NCBI GenBank assembly: GCA_963785725.1
Contig: CAWAWS010000008.1
Location: 56,264 to 120,263 of the forward strand
Length of the DNA: 64,000 nt
Source: an uncultured delta proteobacterium
GTDB lineage: Bacteria; Myxococcota_A; Polyangia; Palsa-1104
Direction of reading: 5' to 3'
Shown here: positions 44,077 to 54,779 of the stretch, in pieces
Numbering within the stretch: position 1 is the stretch's first letter
Layout of the letters: each line of letters opens with the position of its first letter
Position numbers and translations under genes: made by a program
Notes under the pieces: model-generated
Seen by the model: only the letters and a program-made list of their open reading frames with translations
What the model was told of the DNA's origin: nothing
Database searches by the model: none

Positions 44077-45396
44077 TCAGGCGTCGGCGGCGCCGGCGCT
44101 GCTCGTCGCCAGCGGCAGCTCGGCCGTCAGATGCGTGCCCGCCGCCGACGATTCGACGGTCAATTCGCCGCCGAGGGCGCGCGCCCGCTCGCGCATGCCC
44201 GACAGGCCCGTCGACTTGCCGCTGGCGACGGCGCGGCGGAAGTCGAAGCCGCCGCCGCCGTCGACCACCTGCACCGAGAGCGCGCGACCGTCGCGCCAGG
44301 CGCGCACGTTGACGCTGGCCACGGCCGCGTGCCGGGCGACGTTCGTCAGCGCCTCTTGAATGATGCGAAAGGCCGCCGTCTCCACGGCCGGCGCCACGCG
44401 TCCTTCGATGCCGGCGTGCGTGAACTCGACGCGCACACCGGTCTGCGCCGTATAGCGATCGAGCAGCCAAATCAGCGCCGGCAAGAGGCCGAGATCGTCG
44501 AGCATCGCCGGACGCAGATCGAGCGACAGGCTGGAGACGCGCTCGGTCAGCTCGGCCACGAGCGTGCGCGCTTGTGTCAGCGGCTCGCTCGCCGGCAACA
44601 GCGACAGCCGCAGCTTGAGCGCCGTCAACGACTGCCCAATCTCGTCGTGCAGCTCCTTGGCCAGGTGGCGCCGCTCGGCCTCTTCCAAAAGCACGGCCGC
44701 GAGGCGCGTCCGCCGCACGTCGCTGCGCTCGAGGGCCCGCTCAGTCAGCATCACGACGACGAGGAGGCTCGTCACCGTCAGCGCGACGAAGAGGCGGGCG
44801 TCGACGCCGTGCCGCGCCAGCGTCAGCGAGCCGAGCGCGACGGGGATGGCGACGACCGCGGGATAGAGCCGCCGCGCCAACACGCCGCCCGCCGAGTCGG
44901 ACACGAGCGGCGCCATGACCGGCGACTCGGGCGCGGCGCACAAGGCGCCCGCCGCGAGTGTCACGAAGGCGAGCGCCAACGCCGTGTGCGCGTAAGCGTT
45001 GGCGGCGACGAGGGCGAGGAGGGCGCACGCCAAGCAGCCGGCGAGCAGCCAGTCGGCGAGGCGCGCGGCGACGGCCGAGGCGAGCCGCCGCACGCTGAGC
45101 GCGGCGCCCACGAGCGCGAAGCCGGCGGCGGCGCCGGCGAATGCGCCGCCATCGCGCACGAGGAGGACGAGGCCGGCGCCCAGCACGACCGTCGCGCAGG
45201 CCGCCGTCAGGCCGCGCGAGCGCGTCCACAGCCCGGCGCCGCCGACGACGAACGCGACGGCGCACGGCAGCGGCATCGCCAACGGTGCGACCCGCGAGCC
45301 GACAGCCGCCGCTGCGACACCGGTCACCGCGACGGCGACGCCACAGCCGCGGCCGGCCGAGCGGAGCTGCGCGGTCAGTCGCGGCAGAGACGCCAT
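44077..45396 (-). CDS. Membrane sensor histidine kinase (HisKA_3/NarX-like)
   Basis: ERRHLAKELHDEIGQ, QEALTNVARHA, GLSGMRERA. Confidence 0.9.
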   Translation of the reverse strand: MASLPRLTAQLRSAGRGCGVAVAVTGVAAAAVGSRVAPLAMPLPCAVAFVVGGAGLWTRSRGLTAACATVVLGAGLVLLVRDGGAFAGAAAGFALVGAALSVRRLASAVAARLADWLLAGCLACALLALVAANAYAHTALALAFVTLAAGALCAAPESPVMAPLVSDSAGGVLARRLYPAVVAIPVALGSLTLARHGVDARLFVALTVTSLLVVVMLTERALERSDVRRTRLAAVLLEEAERRHLAKELHDEIGQSLTALKLRLSLLPASEPLTQARTLVAELTERVSSLSLDLRPAMLDDLGLLPALIWLLDRYTAQTGVRVEFTHAGIEGRVAPAVETAAFRIIQEALTNVARHAAVASVNVRAWRDGRALSVQVVDGGGGFDFRRAVASGKSTGLSGMRERARALGGELTVESSAAGTHLTAELPLATSSAGAADA

Positions 45397-45688
45397 AGCT
45401 CCATTGTACGCCTGCCGGGCGAGACGCGGACGCCGCCGCGCAGTAACATGCCGCCGTGACCAACTGGCAGCCGCTGGCGCCCTCAATCCGCGTGGCGCTG
45501 CTGGCGACCGCGGCGGCGACCGTCCTGGGCGTCGCCATCCGCACGGCGGCCGCGTCGACGCCGTCGGCCCCGTCGACGCGCTCTTGCCCGCCGAAGCATC
45601 ACCCCCTGTCGTGACGGCGCTCGGGAACGTCGCCTTTCGTCTGCCGGCGCTTGCGAACCGCCGGCGCTTCCAGGCTCAATAGCCGCCG

Positions 45689-46957
45689 ATGCCGCTCCGC
45701 CTGCCGCTGACCCTGGCGATCTTCGCAGCAACGATGATGCTTGTCATCATTAGACCGCGAAAGTGGCCCGAGGCGCTGTGGACCTGCCTCGGCGCCGCGC
45801 TGCTGCTGGCGCTGCGCGCCCTGTCGCCGCGGGAGGCGCTGGCGGTGGTCGGTCAGGCCGGCGGCGCGCTGGCGTTCTTGGCGGCGCTGCTCGTCCTGTC
45901 GGCGCTCATCGAACGCAGCGGCTTCTTCGACTGGACCGCCATCGTCGCCGCGCAGCGCGCCGGCGGCCGCGTGCGCACCCTCTATCGCAACGTCTTCATC
46001 TTGGGCGCCGTGGTCACCATCGCGCTCTCGCTCGACACGACCGCGGTCATCTTGACGCCGATCGTGCTCAGCTTCGTGCGCCGCCTGCGACTGCCGGCGC
46101 GTCCATTCGTGTTCGCGTGCGCCTTCGTCGCCAATGTCGCCTCGCTGTTACTGCCCGTCAGCAACCTCAGTAACTTGATCTTCGCGTCCACGTTTCAATT
46201 CTCGTTCGTCGCTTTCGCGTTGCGCATGTTGATGCCGTCCATCGTCACGTTATTCGTCAATTACTGGCTGTTCAGTCGCCTCTTTTGCGCCGAATTGGCG
46301 GCCCAGTTCGCCGTCGACGAGCTGCCGGATTTGGCGAGCGTCATTCCCCATCGCGCCTATTTTCGCTGGTCGGTCGGCGTGCTCATCGGCGTCTGCGTCG
46401 GCTATTTCGTAGCGCCGCTCGTCCATGCGCAGCCTTATGAAGTCGGCTTTCTCGGCTGCGCGATCTTGTCATTGGCGGCTTTATTCACGCGTCAATTGAA
46501 GCTCGATATGGCGCGCCGCATTCAATGGTCGATATTTCCATTCGTCATCGGCCTCTTCTTGGTCGTTCGCGCGGTCGAGAATCTGGGATTCGGCCGCGTC
46601 GTCGCCGCCTGGCTCGCCCACCTGCCGGCGAATCCCGTCGTCGCCAGCGTCGTCAGCGCCTTTGTCGCCGCGCTCGCGTCCAATGTCGTCAACAACCTGC
46701 CGGCGGCGCTGTTGGCGCGCGATATTCTGCAAACCTCACAGGCGGCGAATCCGCTCGTTTATGGCGCGTTATTGGGGACGAATATCGGACCGAATATCGT
46801 CGTCGTCGGCTCCTTGGCGACGATGTTGGTCCTGACACGCGCGCGCAGCGAAGGCGACGCGCCGACGAACCTCGACTTCCTGCGCGTGGGACTGCGCGTG
46901 ACGCCGCTCGTCTTGCTCGCCGCCGCGTTGACGCTCGGGGTGCAGTTTCTACTGTAA
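45689..46957 (+). CDS. ArsB/NhaD-family anion permease
   Basis: About 11 TM helices; LSLDTTAVILTP, SLLLPVSNLSNL, NNLPA, GSLAT. Confidence 0.85.
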   Translation: MPLRLPLTLAIFAATMMLVIIRPRKWPEALWTCLGAALLLALRALSPREALAVVGQAGGALAFLAALLVLSALIERSGFFDWTAIVAAQRAGGRVRTLYRNVFILGAVVTIALSLDTTAVILTPIVLSFVRRLRLPARPFVFACAFVANVASLLLPVSNLSNLIFASTFQFSFVAFALRMLMPSIVTLFVNYWLFSRLFCAELAAQFAVDELPDLASVIPHRAYFRWSVGVLIGVCVGYFVAPLVHAQPYEVGFLGCAILSLAALFTRQLKLDMARRIQWSIFPFVIGLFLVVRAVENLGFGRVVAAWLAHLPANPVVASVVSAFVAALASNVVNNLPAALLARDILQTSQAANPLVYGALLGTNIGPNIVVVGSLATMLVLTRARSEGDAPTNLDFLRVGLRVTPLVLLAAALTLGVQFLL

Positions 46958-48154
46958 CTAAGCGTTCGCGCCGCGATGAATGCGCAGGATGCTCTCCTCG
47001 GCCGGCACGCCGAGGCGCAGCGGAAAGCCGTAATGGCCGGTGCCGCGATGCACGTACATACGATCGGTGCCGCGCGCCCAAAAGCCATGATCGGGAATGC
47101 GGATGCCGAACAGGCGCAGCATCGTGAACGAGAGGCCGAGGCTGACGAGGCCGACCTGACCGCCGTGCGTGTGGCCCGACAAGACGAGGTCGGCCGAGCC
47201 TTCGGGCAGATGACGAAAGGCGCCTGGATCGTGCAGGAGGACGATGCGCAGGGCGGCGTCGTTGCGCGGATGCGCCGCCGAGACGGCCGCCAAGTGCGCC
47301 GCGCGGTCCTGGCGCACGAAGTCCATGCCGACGATCTGCACGCGACCGATCGGCGTCGCGACGTCGGTCGCGTCATCGACGAGCAGGCGGACGCCGTTCT
47401 CCCGCAGCGCGCGCGTCACGATGTCGGGCGACTCGTGGTCATGATTGCCGAAGCAGGCGAACACGCGGCCGGGCAGCGCCTTGAGCGGCGCCAGCGCTTG
47501 CAAGAGCAGCTCGGGATCGCGCTGCGACTCCATCGTCAAGAAGTCGCCGGTGAGGAACACGAGATCGGGCGCGGCGGCGACGGCACGGGCGGCGATGGCG
47601 CGCAGCCGCGCCACGCTCATGAACGGCCCCAAGTGCGGATCGGTGATCTGCACGATCTGGAGCGGCCGCGCGTCGCGCTCTTCGCCGCGCGGGTGCGGCG
47701 TCAGCGCCGGCGCGCGCGGACCGCTCGGCCCGGCGATGACGAGATCGACCTCCTCCCAGCGCGTCGACAGCGACTGAAACATGCCGACGATCGCCAAGGC
47801 ATAAGGCAGCCACGGCAGCCACGGGTGAAAGCGCAGCGCGACGAGGATTCCCCACGGCAGCGACAAGAGCGTGCCGGCGACCATCAGCGCCGACGGCCAG
47901 CTGAGCAGCAGCCGATAGGGCAGGCTGCGCATGCGCGGTCGCGACAGCATGATGAAGTTGACGTAAGCGGTCGCGTGAAAGGCCGCGAAGATCCACAAGA
48001 GCGGACCGGGCGGCGGCGCCATCGCCCACGCCAACAGCGAGTAGACGCCGACGAGGATGGCGACGAAGGTGGCGAACTGCCGCCCGCGCCGCGCCCGCGC
48101 CGACAAGACGACGAGGAGGTAAGCCACCAGTGTGAACAGCGGAAACCAAGCCAT
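46958..48154 (-). CDS. Membrane-anchored metallophosphoesterase
   Basis: TDPHLG, TGDF, GNHD, LSGHTHGGQ motifs. Confidence 0.92.
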   Translation of the reverse strand: MAWFPLFTLVAYLLVVLSARARRGRQFATFVAILVGVYSLLAWAMAPPPGPLLWIFAAFHATAYVNFIMLSRPRMRSLPYRLLLSWPSALMVAGTLLSLPWGILVALRFHPWLPWLPYALAIVGMFQSLSTRWEEVDLVIAGPSGPRAPALTPHPRGEERDARPLQIVQITDPHLGPFMSVARLRAIAARAVAAAPDLVFLTGDFLTMESQRDPELLLQALAPLKALPGRVFACFGNHDHESPDIVTRALRENGVRLLVDDATDVATPIGRVQIVGMDFVRQDRAAHLAAVSAAHPRNDAALRIVLLHDPGAFRHLPEGSADLVLSGHTHGGQVGLVSLGLSFTMLRLFGIRIPDHGFWARGTDRMYVHRGTGHYGFPLRLGVPAEESILRIHRGANA

Positions 48155-48239
48155 GCGCGACGATTATCCCATGTCCGCGCGTGACGGACAGGCGATCCGC
48201 GAGGTAAGGTCGTTCGTATTCTCTAGCGTGGCTGTGCTG

Positions 48240-49246
48240 CCGCCTTTGTCTTTTGCGGTGTCGTCTATCTCTGCCTGCTCATCGGGTGGCGGACCCGGCT
48301 CATGCGCTTCTTGGCGCTGGTCTGCGTGCTCAGCCTGCATGGTCGGGCGACGCTGGTGGAAAACGGGGGCGACTGGATGCTGAGCGAGCTGACGCTCTGG
48401 GCGGTGTTCTTGCCGCTCGGGACGCGCTTCTCGGTCGACGCCGTGCGGGCCAGCCTCGAGCGCCGGCGCGAGACGACGGTCGCCGAGCTCGGCGAGCGCG
48501 CGGCGATGGCGCCGGATCCGGCCACGGCCCGAATCGTCTCCTTGGCGGCGTTCACCATCCTGTTTCAGCTGGCCGTCGCCTATTTTTTCAACGCGATCCA
48601 AAAGGGTGGTCCCACCTGGCGCCACGGCACGGCGGTGCACTACGTCCTCTACCAGAACCGGATGGTGACCTGGCTGGCGGTCTGGATGCGGCCGCACATG
48701 ACGCCGGGGCTGTCGCGGGTGCTCTCTTACGCGGCGCTGGCCACCGAGGGCGCGCTGCCGATCCTGATCCTTTCGCCCTTTCCCCGGGTGTGGGCCCGCC
48801 GCGCCGCCGTCTTGGCGGTGATCGGGCTGCACATCGGGTTTCAGTGCTTCATCAACCTCGGCATCTTCTCGTGGACGATGATCGCCTATACCCCGTTCCT
48901 CTTGACCGAGGCGGACTGGTCGCTCTTCGCCCGCCTCGGCCGTCGTCGTGGCCGTCGGCTGGTCGTGACCTTAGACGCCAGCTGCGGCGTCTGCTTCCAG
49001 CTGGCCCGCGTGCTGGCCAGGCTCGATCGCTTCGGGCGGATCCGCCTCGTCGCCGGCCCCGCACCGGGCCCCGAACCCGCCGGGGCGGCGGGCGAGTCGC
49101 CGCCCCCGGCGGTCGAGGTGGTCGAAGAGACGACGGGCGGCCGATTGATCGGGGCGGAGGCGCTGGCGGCTCTGCTGCGGGCTCTCCCGCTTGGCGTGCT
49201 CTGGTCGTGGCCGCTCCGGCTGCCCGGGCTCCGCGCGCTGGCGAAC
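48240..49246 (+). CDS. Internal fragment of an HTTM-domain / DCC-like membrane protein, truncated at both ends
   Basis: NGGD, LPLGTRFSVD, YFFN, LHIG...NLGIFS, DASCGVC motifs; ends at adapter remnant. Confidence 0.75.
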
Positions 49247-49276
49247 AGCAATACGTACGCAGCAGCACGTATTGCT
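49247..49276. other. Back-to-back Oxford Nanopore ligation adapter remnants (chimeric read junction)
   Basis: AGCAATACGTA at 49247-49257 and ACGTATTGCT at 49267-49276; abrupt GC drop at this point. Confidence 0.85.
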
Positions 49277-51565
49277 GGTTACTACAAGGTTTTTTTGGAT
49301 ACTCCCAAGGTCACAGCAGAATTGACTGCAACCGCCCGCTGCGGTTTTCATAAATACACATTCCCGGCCACTGACCAGGGGCACATTATTTTAGACCTTG
49401 TGCATGCCGTCGGCAACGATCCCGTCGATGCCTCCGTCCAGTTTGAGAATGATCACACCATCAGCGGTTACCGTATTTCCGACGGCTGGGGCGGGCGGCG
49501 CGCGATTTACTTCGTGATGCAATTTTACAAGCCGTTCGAGTCCTGCGGCATCGAGCGGAACGGTAAGCGCGAGGGAGCGGATGTCCATGCCGCCCATGGC
49601 AGGAACATCAAGGCCTTCGTCAATTACCAGACTGGCGATAACGAACCGATTTTGGTGAAAGTGGGTATTTCTGGCACTGGCATTGATGGCGCGAGGAAGA
49701 ATCTATCCGCCGAAATTCCCGCGTGGGATTTTGATCAAACCCGTGGCCATGGCGGTTACGCAATGGAGAAAAATATTCAATGCGGTGGAGATTAAAACCA
49801 TCGATCCTCACATCCGGACGACTTTTTACGCTAATCTATATCTGTCATGTATGGCGCCAACCCTTTTCAATGACGTTGATGGGGAATATCGCGGTATGGA
49901 CCAGCAAAACCATTCCGGCGCAAATTTCCAGAATTACACGGTCTTTTCCCTCTGGGATACTTATCGCGCGGAGCAGCCATTGATTTCGTTACTTCATCCC
50001 GAACGCATGAATGACATGGTCCAATCCCTCATCACGAATATTCGAAAATGGCCTGCATACGATTCCAATCTGGCCGTTATGGGGCAATGAAACCTGGTGC
50101 ATGATTGGTTATCATTCCGCTGCTGTTATCGCAGCCGCATACCTCAAGGGATTCCGTGATTATGATGCTGAAGCAGCCTATCAGGCCGATCCGCGATACC
50201 GCCATGCAGGATCGCAGTGGGTTAAAGACATATAAACAGCTTGGTTACATGGCGGCCGGCGGAGGGCGACAGGCTGCTTCACACACCATTGAATATGCCT
50301 TTGATGACTGGTGCATCGCCCGTATGGCGGAGTCGCTGGGACATCAGGACGACGCGCGTCTTTTTTATCAGCGTTCAGCCAATTATCGTAACATTTTTGA
50401 CCGCGCATCGGGTTTTTTGCGTGGGCGAAAGGCCAATGGTTTTTGGCGGCAACCCTTTATTGTAAACGGACTGGTTAATGACGAATACACCGAAGGTGAC
50501 GCATGGCAATATGCTTTTGGTGCCCAACAAGATGTTCGAGGTTTGATCGCCCTTTACGGTGGGGACAAAGGTCTCGTTCAGAAGTTGGATGGACTATTTT
50601 CGGCTGATTCCACAATGGATGAAGTAAATCCAGATCCTGACATTACCGGTCTGATCGGCCAATACGCTCATGGCAATGAGCCCTGTCATCATATCGCTTA
50701 TCTGTATGACTACGCCGGCGCTTGCTATAAGACCCAGCAACATGTGCGTCAGATCATGGCCACGCTCTATGATGAAACACCCACGGGAGAATGTGGCAAC
50801 ACAGATTGTGGTCAGATGGCCGCCTGGTATGTCTTTAGTGCCTTGGGTTTTTACCCGGTCAACCCTGATAGCGGTGTCTATGCAATTGGCAGTCCAGTAG
50901 CTACTAAAGCTGTCATCCATTTGGATAAAAACAAATACAATGGCCGCACGTTTACTGTTATCGCGAAGGACAACGGGCCGAACAATGTTTATATCCAGTC
51001 AGCAGCGCTGAATGGCAGACCCTACTCGCACCCCTGGCTGACTCATCAGCAAATTATTTCCGGCGGCACCCTGCGCCTGGTAATGGGGCCAAAGCCTAAC
51101 TTGAACTGGGGCAACGACCTGGTTGATCGTCCTCCTGCCACAATGCCCGCAGATTTCCATTATGAAAAACTTCCAACGCCTGCCAGCGAAACCGGGCCGG
51201 AAGTCAAGGCCACCGCCTCGAATGTTTATTTCAACCAATACTCGGATTACGGTCCCGATAACGCCTTCGATGGCGACAGCGATACGCGTTGGGCTACTGA
51301 CACCACACCGGCATGGATTGCGGTGGATCTTCGAAAGGAGAAGGCGGTTTGTGGGGTTCGGATTGATGAAACCTACAATCGCGTCCAGAAATTTGAATTC
51401 CAATATCGCGACGGGAATGAATGGAAAACAATTTTCGCAGGAACCACCTTGGGCGGACAATTTCAGCACCGATTCGCCGCAGTAACGGCGCGTGAATTTC
51501 GCTTGAATATTCTGGCGGCCTCGGAGAATCCGTCGATCAATGAAATTGAGCTGTTGAGCAAATAG
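49277..51565 (+). CDS. GH92 alpha-1,2-mannosidase with C-terminal F5/8-type (CBM32-like) domain; 5'-truncated, frameshifted
   Basis: GYY...AELTAT, FSLWDTYRA, CMIGYH, EYAFDDW, YAHGNEP, GNTDCGQMAAWY, AFDGDSDTRW; frame changes near 49740, 50040, 50185. Confidence 0.9.
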
Positions 51566-51910
51566 GCTGGATCAACTGGTGAATAAAGCTTGAGACCGAA
51601 ATTATAATCCGCTTTGCAGTGCGATCCCAATCTCGTGGCGTTGTATTTCAATTTCGGCCACCATCTTTTGATCTTCTCGTCGTGTCCGGGCGGATTTCCG
51701 GCAAACTTGCTGGGCATTTGGTCGGAAGAAATTGACGCGTCATAGAATAAGGCTGGCATCTTGACCTGAATGTGAAGATGAATTGTTGGCTGGCGGGACA
51801 GGAACACCGGAGCAGGAAACAGCACCCAAACGCAGAGATTCAAAACCGGAGATTTGATAAAACCATTGATTTTATTTGGCTAAAACCCCTGTTTTCCCCG
51901 TGAAAAAAGA

Positions 51911-51996
51911 TGGTGGTAGGTTCTGGATTCGAACCAGAGAAGGCGTAAGCCAGCAGATTTACAGTCTGCCCCCGTTGGCCACTTGGGTAACCTACC
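51911..51996 (-). tRNA. tRNA-Tyr (GTA)
   Basis: GGTAGGT acceptor, GCAGA-CTGTAAA-TCTGC anticodon arm, long variable arm, GGTTCGAATCC, encoded CCA. Confidence 0.95.
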
Positions 51997-52100
51997 ATCC
52001 CGCAATTGCGAGCCACAGAATTAATCAGAGCCGCTGGTCCCGCTCAAGTTGAAAGTTTCGCTTTCAGAGTTGTCTCCCAGCGCCAGCGTGACCAGTGTGA

Positions 52101-52137
52101 CCAGCGTGACGGTCGATGATCGACACCATGGACCCAA
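52101..52137 (+). repeat. 37-bp dispersed repeat copy A (CCAGCGTGACGGTCGATGATCGACACCATGGACCCAA)
   Basis: Exact match to copies D and E; preceded by two 9-bp partial tandem copies at 52083-52100. Confidence 0.9.
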
Positions 52138-52179
52138 TTGGCGGGGAGGGGGAGTCGCGCGAAGAACGCGAAGGCCTGT

Positions 52180-52330
52180 CCTCCGAAGCCCCAGCGAAGG
52201 GGGATCCCTCATTCATATATCGTAAATCACGAAATCCGTGTCAATCCGTGAAATCCGTGTCAACCCAGCCTTCCTGTCTTCCTGCTTTCCTTATTCATGA
52301 TTCGCGTCATTCGTGAAATTCGCGGATAAA
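52180..52330. repeat. Mosaic of short simple repeats and REP-like hairpin (mirrored at 55330-55470)
   Basis: CCTCCGAAGCCCCAGCGAAGGGGG, ATCCGTGTCAATCCGTGAAATCCGTG, TTCCTG repeats, ATTCGCGTCATTCGTG. Confidence 0.6.
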
Positions 52331-52340
52331 AAAGTGGCCT

Positions 52341-52361
52341 AAAACGGGATGGTCCCGTTTT
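52341..52361. terminator. Bidirectional intrinsic terminator-like hairpin (mirror at 55285-55305)
   Basis: AAAACGGGA-TGG-TCCCGTTTT. Confidence 0.55.
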
Positions 52362-52450
52362 CTTTTCCTCGGCCCCTGTTATAGTCGCGGGTGATGAAAG
52401 AACATTTAACAGTATGCATTGGATGCTGGGATCAATGGATTTTTGGATAC

Positions 52451-52487
52451 ATGGGTCCATGGCGTCGATCATCGACCGTCACGCTGG
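52451..52487 (-). repeat. 37-bp repeat copy B
   Basis: Reverse complement of the repeat with one internal and one terminal mismatch. Confidence 0.9.
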
Positions 52488-53054
52488 TCGCGGGTGATGA
52501 ATAAATATAAATCGTCGTCCGCGACGGTCGGAGTTTGGACATCTGGGGCTTGGGGCTTAGAATCGGATGTTTTCATCCTTTCCTGCCTTCCTGCCTTCCT
52601 TATTTTAATTCCGGTTCCTGTCTTTCCTTCGTTTCCTTCTGTGTTTAAAAATAGGGGCTGTTCATGCCCGCCCAAAGAAAGCCAAAATTACCAAACGAAC
52701 CCAATTTAAAAACCGCACCACCCGCCATCCCCGCCAGCCGCGAAGGACAACCTGATTAAATTTATAAAGTCATTATATTTAACATATTATGAATAAATAC
52801 AAAACCCTTGGCAGCGTCAGAAATAAGCCTCAAACGGCAAAAAATCCGGTCTAAAATCATGCAAAATGCATGTCGAAAACACGTCAAAAAACGGTCATTT
52901 TCACTTTTCGGGTCGTTTATGGGTCAAAAACAGCCTGACTGGATTCGCCCGACGCCCAACCGCGTAAAGAGACGTATGCAATCGCTGTCCCTTCTGGGGG
53001 AGAAGGTCAGGATGAGGGCGGTCGTTACCACTAACTGCAAATGAAGCCCGTACA

Positions 53055-53075
53055 CCAGCGTGACGCTGGACCCAA
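53055..53075 (+). repeat. 37-bp repeat copy C, internal hairpin deleted
   Basis: CCAGCGTGACG-C-TGGACCCAA; the mirror position (copy D) is full length. Confidence 0.8.
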
Positions 53076-53128
53076 TGGTGACTGCATTTTTTTCTCTGCG
53101 TCGGCCGGATTTGCGTTAATTTAGCCGG

Positions 53129-53880
53129 ATGTTCGATTCGTTAAGCAGCAAGCTCCAGAATGCGTTCCGCAATTTGCGCGGGCTGGGCAAGATTTCCGAA
53201 AGCAACGTCTGCGACGCCCTGCGCGAAGTGCGCATGGCGTTGCTCGAAGCGGACGTGAATTTCAAGGTGGCGCGCGATTTCATCGAGCGCGTCAAAACAA
53301 AGTCGCTCGGCGCGGAAGTGATCCAGAGCCTTCACCCGGGCCAGCAGATCATCAAATTCTTCAGCGATGAACTCACGGAATTGCTGGGCTCGCAAAATGC
53401 CGCGCTCAAGCTGGATGCCAATCCGAGCATGATTCTGATGGTGGGCCTGCATGGCTCGGGCAAAACGACTTCCAGCGGCAAACTGGCGCGCTTGCTCAAG
53501 AAACAGGGACGCGCGCCGTTGCTGGTCGCGGCGGACGTTTACCGTCCGGCGGCCATGGACCAGTTGGAAACGCTGGGCAAACAGGTCGAAGTGCCGGTCT
53601 TTTTGATGCGCGGCGAGACGGATGTTTTGAAGATCGCCCGGGAGGCGCTGGCCTTCGCCAACTTGAACGGGCGGAACGTCATCATTTTTGACACGGCCGG
53701 CCGCCTGCAAATCGATGAGCCGCTGGTGCAGGAACTGGTGCGCTTGCGCGACCTGATCAAGCCCCAGGAAATTCTGCTGGTCCTGGATGCCGCGACCGGC
53801 CAGGAAGCGGTCAATGTCGCCACGCATTTCGATCAGGCGCTGAATATCACCGGCTCCATCCTGACGAAGCTGGACGGCGA
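53129..53880 (+). pseudogene. ffh: Signal recognition particle protein Ffh, 5' part only (copy 1)
   Basis: MFDSL, ALLEADV, GLHGSGKTT, DVYRPAA, DTAGRL, TKLDG; homology ends at junction. Confidence 0.92.
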
Positions 53881-54688
53881 ATTTAATGGGCTTGCCCGTG
53901 ACACTTTTCAGGCTCAGGGCCGCGCCGCCGCGCGCATCGCCATCGAGCTTCGTCAGGATGGAACCGGTGATGTTCAGCGCCTGGTCGAAGTGCGTGGCCA
54001 CATTGACCGCTTCCTGGCCGGTCGCGGCATCCAGCACCAGCAAAATTTCCTGCGGCTTCACCAGGTCACGCAACCGCACCAGTTCCTGCACGAGCGGCTC
54101 GTCAATCTGCAAACGCCCGGCGGTGTCAAAAATCAGGATGTTCCGTCCGTTCAGGTTGGCGAAGGCCAGCGCCTCCCGCGCGATCTTCAAAACATCCGTC
54201 TCGCCGCGCATCAGGAAAACCGGCACCTCGATCTGTTTGCCCAGCGTTTCCAATTGATCCATCGCCGCCGGCCGGTAAACATCCGCCGCGACCAGCAACG
54301 GCGCGCGTCCCTGCTTCTTCAGCAACTTCGCCAGTTTGCCGCTGGAAGTCGTTTTGCCGGAGCCATGCAAGCCCACCATCATGATCGCGCTCGGGCTGGC
54401 GTCCAGCTTGAGCCCGGCATTTTGCGAGCCCAACAATTCCGTGAGTTCATCGCTGACGAATTTGATGATCTGCTGGCCGGGATGAACACTCTGGATGACT
54501 TCCGCGCCGAGCGATTTCGCCTTCACCCGCTCGATGAAATCGCGGGCGACCTTGAAATTCACATCCGCTTCGAGCAACGCCATGCGCACCTCGCGCAAGG
54601 CGTCGGAGACGTTGCTTTCGGAAATCTTGCCCAGACCGCGCAGATTCTTGAACGCGTTCTGGAGCTTGCTGGTTAACGAGTCGAACAT
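53880..54688 (-). pseudogene. ffh: Signal recognition particle protein Ffh, 5' part only (copy 2)
   Basis: Same motifs, extending to DARGGAALS...KPIKF; M domain absent. Confidence 0.92.
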
Positions 54689-54742
54689 CCGCCCAAATTA
54701 ACGCAGAATCGCAGGGACGCAGAGAAAAAAATGCAGTCACCA

Positions 54743-54779
54743 TTGGGTCCATGGTGTCGATCATCGACCGTCACGCTGG
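54743..54779 (-). repeat. 37-bp repeat copy D
   Basis: Exact reverse complement of copy A. Confidence 0.9.

Noticed and set aside
45689..46957. Arsenic resistance operon
   Set aside because: No arsR, arsC or arsA nearby; family-level call only
48302..49795. Novel HTTM/DCC-GH92 fusion protein
   Set aside because: The fusion point coincides with nanopore adapter remnants and a GC shift
53129..54688. Two overlapping antiparallel 515-aa Ffh variants with novel C-termini
   Set aside because: Each C-terminal half is just the antisense reading of the other ffh copy across the inversion junction
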